A stretch of DNA of 41,811 nucleotides from a virus: IMG/VR virus record IMGVR_UViG_3300029185_000006. One strand, written 5' to 3'. Numbering within the stretch: the first letter of the stretch is position 1; every line of letters begins with the position of its first letter. The translations under genes were made by a program, and so were the position numbers. Below the pieces are notes generated by a model that saw only the letters and a list, made by a program, of their open reading frames with translations, searched no databases and was not told where the DNA came from. Shown here piece after piece: positions 16,486-21,482 of this stretch.

Positions 16486-17331
16486 TTATTCTCCTTTCGG
16501 TACATTGCCATATCTGATGTTATATTGTGTTGTGAGTGCTTTCATAGCCTTGCGAAATTCCTCGGTAGTGTCATAAAAACGAACATCAATAGTTTTAGTT
16601 GCCTGCTGATTAACTGCTTGTTTTGGTGGTTGAGGAAGCTGTTCCTGCACCGTTTCAGCCGTCGAAGCTATTTCTTCCTTTGCCGGCTCACTTTTATTCA
16701 TTTTTTTGAGGGCATTTTGCCTTTCTTCAAATTCGTGCTTCTTTTGAAGAGCTGCCGACATATCAAGCGTTTCAATATAGGCATCAAGCATTTGCTCCTC
16801 ACATTCAAGTTTCATTGCCTTAATAACCTTGATGTCATTCTCAAACTTAAACACCTTATCTCTTATTTCCTGTTTGATTGTTTCAAGCTTACAGGTCTTG
16901 TTTTGCCATTTATTTGGTATAACTTTTTCAAGTTTGAGTACCTCGTAATAGTCAGGAAATTCTTCAACATAAAAGCTTGCAATTTCTTTTAGCTTTTCAT
17001 CAACCTCTTTCTTTTCAAAGTCCTTGACCTGCGTATCAATGTTATTTACGCCTTTGTCGATAATTTCAACAAGTTCTTTGACTTGTTTTTCAAAGTTTTC
17101 AAGCGGTGATATGTACTCTTTTTTCACCTCAACCTTTTTGTCATTTAAAGCTTTTTTTAGCTTATTAAGTGTCGCCCTGTCGCTCTTTGCAGACTTCAAA
17201 TCTTCCTCGGTTACCGCAAGAGTTTCATAAGGCTTGATTTTTTCGGAAAGTTCAGCCTTTAACTCCTCAAAATTGAAAACAATCGCATTTGGTATTGATT
17301 GCTTAATGTCAGTAGATAAATTAAATTCCAT
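16486..17331 (-). CDS. DUF1351-like coiled-coil protein of the recombination module
   Basis: 281 aa, K/E-rich. Typical position between the exonuclease and RecT in Firmicutes phages. Confidence 0.6.
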   Translation of the reverse strand: MEFNLSTDIKQSIPNAIVFNFEELKAELSEKIKPYETLAVTEEDLKSAKSDRATLNKLKKALNDKKVEVKKEYISPLENFEKQVKELVEIIDKGVNNIDTQVKDFEKKEVDEKLKEIASFYVEEFPDYYEVLKLEKVIPNKWQNKTCKLETIKQEIRDKVFKFENDIKVIKAMKLECEEQMLDAYIETLDMSAALQKKHEFEERQNALKKMNKSEPAKEEIASTAETVQEQLPQPPKQAVNQQATKTIDVRFYDTTEEFRKAMKALTTQYNIRYGNVPKGE

Positions 17332-17343
17332 AATGTTTTCCTT

Positions 17344-17991
17344 TCATATTTCAGGTAATATTAAATTTGGTGATTTTTGAGTTTGAACGCAATTCCAAAA
17401 CTCTTTTTCTTTATTCAGTAGATACTTCATGTCTGCCTTAATCTGCTCATCGTCACGCTCAAAGAAATAATCTCTTACCGTATGGCGTAGCTCTGTACCT
17501 TTGTAATAACGAATATCGGCTCGTAATATTGCGAAATCGTATCCTGTTGCAAGAAATTGATGCAAAATTTGCGTGTAGTAATAATCAGGTACTTGTCCGT
17601 TCCAATGCTCCCATTGGCTTGACTGCTGAATGGTAGTTGTTTTAATTTCAAGTACGCCGTTCTTATTACCTCCGATAATGTGACCGTCTAAGGTTGCAAA
17701 AAGCCATGGCTCATTCGGTCTGTTAGCAATCATTCCAAATTCGTCATATTCAACCTTATAACCCGGATAATCAAGCTCAAACAGCCCTCTTACAAGTTCT
17801 TCGGCTTTTTTGCCATATATAACGCAATCTTTATCGCCTATATCCTCAGGCTCTCGCTGTCCTGTTTTTTCTTGCCACAGTTCAACATTCGTTTTCCAAG
17901 GATTTACGCCGATGATACAGCTTGCCTCGCTTGCACCTATTCCCTTTTTGCGTTCTTTGAGCCATTCCTCACGATTTGTAGTTTTTTTCAT
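17344..17991 (-). CDS. YqaJ-like (lambda Exo-type) recombination exonuclease
   Basis: REEWLKERKKGIGASEASCIIGVNPWKTNVELWQEKTG is the YqaJ signature. ATG 17991 behind GAGGG. Confidence 0.85.
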   Translation of the reverse strand: MKKTTNREEWLKERKKGIGASEASCIIGVNPWKTNVELWQEKTGQREPEDIGDKDCVIYGKKAEELVRGLFELDYPGYKVEYDEFGMIANRPNEPWLFATLDGHIIGGNKNGVLEIKTTTIQQSSQWEHWNGQVPDYYYTQILHQFLATGYDFAILRADIRYYKGTELRHTVRDYFFERDDEQIKADMKYLLNKEKEFWNCVQTQKSPNLILPEI

Positions 17992-18286
17992 ATGTACCCT
18001 CTGCAATGCTTAAACACGCATACCAACCACTTTGTCTATCATCAAATATACAGTTATCAAATTCGCTGTATTCATCAATAAACGGCTCTGTGTACTCTTG
18101 TTTAGCTTCTTTTTCTTCAAGGTCGGTTGCGAGCAGAAGAAATGCAATGATAATCATAATAAAGCCACAAAGCATTAAAACAGTTGTTATTAACTGAACT
18201 AAAATATCAGTATCGTCAACGATAAAACCAAGCATATATAAAGCACTGCCAACAATGCCGAAAAATATTCTTTTATTTTTATTCAT
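17969..18286 (-). CDS. Two-pass membrane protein, unknown function
   Basis: Two hydrophobic segments (IFFGIVGSALYMLGFIV, LITTVLMLCGFIMIIIAFLLL). The ATG shares TGATG with the upstream small ORF. Confidence 0.55.
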   Translation of the reverse strand: MNKNKRIFFGIVGSALYMLGFIVDDTDILVQLITTVLMLCGFIMIIIAFLLLATDLEEKEAKQEYTEPFIDEYSEFDNCIFDDRQSGWYACLSIAEGTYEKNYKS

Positions 18287-18426
18287 CAAAATGCGCTCCT
18301 CTCAACATATTGTGGTGGTAATAATAAGCTTGCGTTATATCGCCTTATCATATCGTCGCAGGTATCGGTTTCCTTTTTCTGTGTTAAACAATGGTTACGC
18401 AGTGGACAATAATTACATCTTTCCAT
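18286..18426 (-). CDS. Possible 46-aa Cys-rich protein
   Basis: MERCNYCPLRNHCLTQKKETDTCDDMIRRYNASLLLPPQYVERSAF. RBS AAAGGGGA with 7-nt spacing. Stop overlaps the next ATG. Confidence 0.4.
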   Translation of the reverse strand: MERCNYCPLRNHCLTQKKETDTCDDMIRRYNASLLLPPQYVERSAF

Positions 18427-18442
18427 TTGTCTGTCCCCTTTC

Positions 18443-18733
18443 TTAACCGTTATCTTCATCATCGGTTGTTAAAACAGGATGCTGAAAATACTCTTTAAAA
18501 GCATCAATCTCAACAAGTTTCTGTTTGCCATAATCACAAACAGGAAAATCTTTACGGCGAAAAATCCTTTGTACCTGTGGCTCACTAATTCCTGTAAGCT
18601 TTACAACATCTTTAATAGTTAAAAAGCCAAACTGTATTTGTACTTTTTCTGCCACTCTTTCAATTCGTTGCAAAACATCCAACAGTTCCTTAGCTGTTGC
18701 AAGTTCGTCAACTACATTTGTAGTAACTTTCAT
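18443..18733 (-). CDS. Excisionase/MerR-type HTH DNA-binding protein (Xis or early regulator candidate)
   Basis: LTIKDVVKLTGISEPQVQRIFRRKDFPV resembles excisionase-family HTH_17. RBS AAGGAG. Confidence 0.6.
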   Translation of the reverse strand: MKVTTNVVDELATAKELLDVLQRIERVAEKVQIQFGFLTIKDVVKLTGISEPQVQRIFRRKDFPVCDYGKQKLVEIDAFKEYFQHPVLTTDDEDNG

Positions 18734-18746
18734 TTATAATCACTCC

Positions 18747-18775
18747 TTGATTTTTATTTTCAAGTGTGATACAAT
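18747..18775 (+). promoter_or_regulatory. Plus-strand sigma-A-type promoter with extended -10 (drives candidate sRNA-1)
   Basis: TTGATT (18747-18752), 17-nt spacer, TGaTACAAT (-10 at 18770-18775). Confidence 0.6.
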
Positions 18776-18800
18776 CAATTTGCGATAGGGTGTATCACAC
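18764..18800. promoter_or_regulatory. Perfect 10-bp inverted repeat GTGTGATACA-N17-TGTATCACAC (operator candidate)
   Basis: Read directly. The left arm overlaps the -10 of the 18747 promoter. A related repeat lies at 21378-21422. Confidence 0.6.
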
Positions 18801-18835
18801 CTTGCCGGCTGTGTTTTTATGCAGTCGGCTTTTTT
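18782..18835 (+). ncRNA. Candidate sRNA-1 (about 54 nt), antisense to the early minus-strand transcript
   Basis: Lies between the 18747 promoter and the 18804 terminator. No RBS or ORF. 5' end estimated as -10 plus 7 nt. Confidence 0.4.
18804..18835 (+). terminator. Plus-strand intrinsic terminator
   Basis: Stem gccggctg/cagtcggc; its imperfect pair is a G-U wobble only in plus-strand RNA. Followed by six T on the plus strand; no T-run on the minus strand. Confidence 0.6.
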
Positions 18836-18966
18836 CATTTAACAGATTCGTAACTAAAGCACCATTCAAAGTATGGTTGCTTAATATCAATGTCATTTTC
18901 ATTGCAATGGTCTACGGCTCTGTTTAAATGATTGCAAAATTTACAACATTTAATTTCTTCGTCCAT
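18835..18966 (-). CDS. Possible 43-aa Cys-rich protein
   Basis: MDEEIKCCKFCNHLNRAVDHCNENDIDIKQPYFEWCFSYESVK. GAGGTG lies 4 nt upstream of the ATG. Confidence 0.35.
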   Translation of the reverse strand: MDEEIKCCKFCNHLNRAVDHCNENDIDIKQPYFEWCFSYESVK

Positions 18967-19054
18967 AACGCACCTCGTAGCATTACCACTGATGAGGAGT
19001 AGAACGCTTACTCATTTGTGCATTCACACTCTTAGCAATGGCATTAAAAATTTC

Positions 19055-19135
19055 TTATGGCTGATTTTGGACTTTCGTTTCAAGGTCAGCTATTCTTTTT
19101 TCAAGATTTTTTAGTTTCCTCTTTGAAATAAACAT
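19055..19135 (-). CDS. Possible 26-aa coiled-coil peptide
   Basis: MFISKRKLKNLEKRIADLETKVQNQP. RBS AAAGAGG with 7-nt spacing. Very short, so speculative. Confidence 0.2.
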   Translation of the reverse strand: MFISKRKLKNLEKRIADLETKVQNQP

Positions 19136-19162
19136 CTAATTACCTCTTTTTTATCCACTTTA

Positions 19163-19191
19163 TTGACCTGCCTTTATAAAACTGATAAAAT
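19163..19191 (+). promoter_or_regulatory. Promoter of the plus-strand moron
   Basis: TTGACC (19163-19168), 17-nt spacer, TGaTAAAAT (-10 at 19186-19191). Confidence 0.6.
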
Positions 19192-19215
19192 CAACTTAGA
19201 AAGGTGGTGAAACAA

Positions 19216-19491
19216 ATGGTATATATGATTACTTATGACCTTAATTCCCCGGGTCAAAATTATAAAAAAGTAAAACAAGCAATTATTGATGCCTCAACTG
19301 GAGCATGGATAACTTGTAGTGAATCTTCTTATCTTATTCAATCTTACTTTAAAACTGCAGATGAAATTTTCAGTATAATAGAGCCTGCTCTTGATAAAAA
19401 CGATAATATTTTCATCGTTGAAGTAAAAGATAATAAACAAGGTTATCTGCCTAAAAACAGTTGGGATTACATTAACAATAAAATCTTTTAA
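19216..19491 (+). CDS. Moron: 91-aa protein of unknown function with predicted beta-alpha-beta-beta-alpha-beta pattern
   Basis: The only plus-strand gene inside the minus-strand early operon. Has its own promoter. RBS AAAGGTGG 8 nt before ATG 19216. Starts MVYMITYDLNSPGQNYKKVKQAI... Confidence 0.65.
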   Translation: MVYMITYDLNSPGQNYKKVKQAIIDASTGAWITCSESSYLIQSYFKTADEIFSIIEPALDKNDNIFIVEVKDNKQGYLPKNSWDYINNKIF

Positions 19492-19625
19492 TTCTTACGA
19501 TTACTTGTCGGGTCTTTAACAAGTTGGTCATCTCCATGGCATATCTTGTTCCGAGAAAGATTAGTCGACTTTTGGAGTAATTCTATAAAGTCGGCTATTT
19601 CTTTTGCTGAGCCTTTTAATAACAT
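19488..19625 (-). CDS. Possible 45-aa early ORF downstream of cro
   Basis: MLLKGSAKEIADFIELLQKSTNLSRNKICHGDDQLVKDPTSNRKN. RBS GAAGGGGAG. Its stop overlaps the moron stop (convergent genes). Confidence 0.35.
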   Translation of the reverse strand: MLLKGSAKEIADFIELLQKSTNLSRNKICHGDDQLVKDPTSNRKN

Positions 19626-19650
19626 CCAATCACTCCCCTTCATTTAAAAT

Positions 19651-19665
19651 GTTGCGTTTCGTAAC
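19651..19665. promoter_or_regulatory. Distal operator copy GTTGCG-TTT-CGTAAC
   Basis: 14/15 identical to the palindrome at 19907-19921. Lies 3 nt after the cro stop. Confidence 0.5.
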
Positions 19666-19668
19666 TTT

Positions 19669-19890
19669 TTAGGCAAAAAAAGCTGAAATTTCTTCAGGTG
19701 GAATATCAAGCAAAGGCGCAATTTTTGCAGCCTCCAAAATATCAAAACTTGCATAACCGTTAATTTTGTTATTTATAGTTGACAATGAAATTCCTGTTTC
19801 TTCAGAAATAAAACGATAACTCTTTTTCTTTTCCCGAATTCTACCTTTTAATTCGGTTAATTCACGATATTTACGCACCTTATTTTTCAC
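19669..19890 (-). CDS. Cro-like XRE-family HTH regulator
   Basis: YRFISEETGISLSTINNKINGYAS is an HTH. GTG 19890 lies 9 nt after AAAGGAG. The ORF-track start 19968 sits upstream of the predicted promoter, so it was rejected. Confidence 0.75.
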   Translation of the reverse strand: MKNKVRKYRELTELKGRIREKKKSYRFISEETGISLSTINNKINGYASFDILEAAKIAPLLDIPPEEISAFFA

Positions 19891-19906
19891 TTTAATCAAC
19901 TCCTTT

Positions 19907-19921
19907 GTTGCGTTTCGCAAC
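19907..19921. promoter_or_regulatory. Operator: perfect palindrome GTTGCG-TTT-CGCAAC at the lytic promoter start site
   Basis: Read directly. Lies immediately downstream of the -10 at 19925-19930. Confidence 0.6.
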
Positions 19922-19924
19922 TTT

Positions 19925-19953
19925 AATTTATCACAATTCATTTTTGTTGTCAA
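19925..19953 (-). promoter_or_regulatory. Early lytic promoter (PR-like)
   Basis: Minus strand reads TTGACA (19953-19948), 17-nt spacer, TGaTAAATT (-10 at 19930-19925). Confidence 0.7.
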
Positions 19954-19993
19954 TACTTTTCGTAACATTTTTTGCGTTTTTTGTCATTTTGTT

Positions 19994-20008
19994 GTTGACT
20001 TTCGTAAC
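19994..20008. promoter_or_regulatory. Operator-like 6-3-6 site GTTGAC-TTT-CGTAAC overlapping the repressor promoter -35
   Basis: Same architecture as 19907-19921. Overlaps TTGACT at 19995-20000. Confidence 0.45.
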
Positions 20009-20023
20009 AAACCGTGATATATT
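19995..20023 (+). promoter_or_regulatory. Repressor promoter (PRM-like)
   Basis: TTGACT (19995-20000), 17-nt spacer, TGaTATATT (-10 at 20018-20023). Back-to-back with the lytic promoter. Confidence 0.65.
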
Positions 20024-20034
20024 CAAAAAGTAAG

Positions 20035-20718
20035 GTGGTGAGCAAAATAAACGAAATTATTGATTTAAAAACATTCGCAAATAGGTTAAGTAATTTGATT
20101 GAAGATTCAGATGAAACAACATATACTCTCGCTGTTAAGCTTGGTTTAACAGCTGCTACAATCAGTCGATATACTAACGCTAAAATGAAACCAAAAGTGC
20201 CAACAGTAAAATCATTAGCACAAATTTTTAATGTTAATGACGCTTGGCTTATGGGATATGATGTTCCAAAATCATATAACGAATATAAAACTTCTAATGA
20301 ATTATATGACATTCCCGGTGTAATGCCTTTGCCTAAAACATACAAGCGCCCACGCTTAGGCACTATCGCTTGTGGCGAGCCTATTCTTGCCGAGGAAAAC
20401 ATTGAAGCGTATGATGATATCCCTGATAACATTAAGTGCGATTTTACATTGATATGTAAAGGTGACAGTATGATTAATGCTCGAATCAATGACGGCGATA
20501 TAGTCTATATCAAGCAGCAAAGTCAAGTTGATAATGGCGAAATAGCTGCCGTGCTGATTGACAACGAGGCTACACTCAAAAGGGTTTACATATATGAAGA
20601 TAAGGTTGTACTTCAGCCCGAAAATACAAAATATCCCCCTTTCGTATATACAAAGGAGGATATGAATAACATTAGAATATTAGGTAAAGCCGTCGGCTTT
20701 ACAAGTTTATTGAACTAA
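20035..20718 (+). CDS. CI/LexA-like repressor (XRE HTH plus S24 autopeptidase)
   Basis: HTH YTLAVKLGLTAATISRYTN. S24 Ser CKGDSM and Lys ATLKRV. The exact start is uncertain (GTG 20035 or 20038). The track start 20014 lies inside the promoter. Confidence 0.9.
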   Translation: MVSKINEIIDLKTFANRLSNLIEDSDETTYTLAVKLGLTAATISRYTNAKMKPKVPTVKSLAQIFNVNDAWLMGYDVPKSYNEYKTSNELYDIPGVMPLPKTYKRPRLGTIACGEPILAEENIEAYDDIPDNIKCDFTLICKGDSMINARINDGDIVYIKQQSQVDNGEIAAVLIDNEATLKRVYIYEDKVVLQPENTKYPPFVYTKEDMNNIRILGKAVGFTSLLN

Positions 20719-20740
20719 TATAATTCGAGGAGGAATAATT

Positions 20741-21322
20741 ATGAGTAAAGGTAATACAATTTTTCTTATTATAATGATATTTTTAGCTTTGCTTGCCATA
20801 ATGCTTATAGTATTAGGAATAAGTGAGCAATCCAAAATAAGAAAATCTCGAAAACAAGTAAAGCAGAAAAAAATGGCAATGGGCGTTCAAGTATCAGGAC
20901 TATTTGAACATTTTTACGGTTTGCCTCTTTCTGACGGAGTACAATTAAGGTGTTATTGGTGTAATGACAGGGTTGTTTTTGAAGCAAATGGTTCAACATA
21001 CAATTTACCTTTTGACAATTTGATTGATGTTTGTTCAAAATCAGATGTAGAAATACAAAAAGAATATGTTTCAAGTACGAAAAAGGCAGTCGCAGGAGCA
21101 GTTATATTTGGTCCGGTCGGCGCTATTATTGCATCAAAACCAAAAGTTAAAGAAGTAAGAACAGCAACACCTTATTTAATTTTTACGTATAGAAGCAAAA
21201 ACGGTAGCGAAATCAAGTATATTGCTCTCAAAATATTACCTTATAATGTAAGTAATCCCCTAAAGTTTATAAATGCTTTCAAAATGTTACCGCCAAAAGA
21301 AAACATTTCTTTTGATTTATAA
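20741..21322 (+). CDS. Membrane protein co-transcribed with the repressor (superinfection-exclusion or Abi candidate)
   Basis: RBS GGAGG. N-terminal TM IFLIIMIFLALLAIMLIVLGI and a glycine-zipper-like AVAGAVIFGPVGAIIA. Lies between cI and int. Confidence 0.75.
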   Translation: MSKGNTIFLIIMIFLALLAIMLIVLGISEQSKIRKSRKQVKQKKMAMGVQVSGLFEHFYGLPLSDGVQLRCYWCNDRVVFEANGSTYNLPFDNLIDVCSKSDVEIQKEYVSSTKKAVAGAVIFGPVGAIIASKPKVKEVRTATPYLIFTYRSKNGSEIKYIALKILPYNVSNPLKFINAFKMLPPKENISFDL

Positions 21323-21328
21323 TTAAAT

Positions 21329-21367
21329 AAAAAAAGACCCCTACAACCTCGCCAAAGGTCATAGGGG
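21329..21367 (-). terminator. Minus-strand intrinsic terminator of candidate sRNA-2
   Basis: 12-bp stem cccctatgacct/aggttgtagggg with two G-U wobbles on the minus strand (these are mismatches on the plus strand), 6-nt loop, then seven T. Confidence 0.65.
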
Positions 21368-21404
21368 CGATAGCAAAGTGCGATATACACAAAACTACCT
21401 CGCA
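21329..21404 (-). ncRNA. Candidate sRNA-2 (about 76 nt) in the membrane-gene/int spacer, antisense to repressor-operon read-through
   Basis: Lies between the promoter at 21411-21439 and the terminator at 21329-21367. No RBS or ORF. Confidence 0.4.
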
Positions 21405-21422
21405 AATAGTAGTATATCACAC
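21378..21422. promoter_or_regulatory. Inverted repeat GTGCGATATAC-N23-GTATATCACAC, related to the 18764-18800 repeat
   Basis: 10 of 11 positions are complementary. The right arm overlaps the -10 of the minus-strand promoter. Confidence 0.5.
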
Positions 21423-21439
21423 TCTGCTTGTTATTTCAA
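21411..21439 (-). promoter_or_regulatory. Minus-strand promoter with extended -10 (drives candidate sRNA-2)
   Basis: Minus strand reads TTGAAA (21439-21434), 17-nt spacer, TGaTATACT (-10 at 21416-21411). Confidence 0.6.
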
Positions 21440-21441
21440 GT

Positions 21442-21463
21442 AGGGTATTTTTATACCCTTTTT
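21442..21463 (+). terminator. Short plus-strand hairpin plus T-run immediately upstream of the int RBS
   Basis: agggtat-tttt-ataccct (7 bp) followed by TTTT, then AAGGAGAG and the int ATG at 21483. Confidence 0.45.
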
Positions 21464-21482
21464 AAGGAGAGTGTAATATAGT

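Noticed and set aside
19891-19968. ORF-track N-terminal extension of the Cro-like gene (start 19968), and the 20014 start of the repressor.
   Set aside because: Near-consensus promoters lie inside these extensions. For cro, a GTG with a proper AAAGGAG RBS lies downstream of the predicted transcription start. For the repressor no RBS-backed start was found (GTG 20035/20038 assumed).
19950-20489. 179-aa minus-strand ORF overlapping the repressor gene and the switch region.
   Set aside because: It is antisense to a well-supported CI/S24 gene, starts inside the intergenic promoters, has no RBS and has a low-complexity product.
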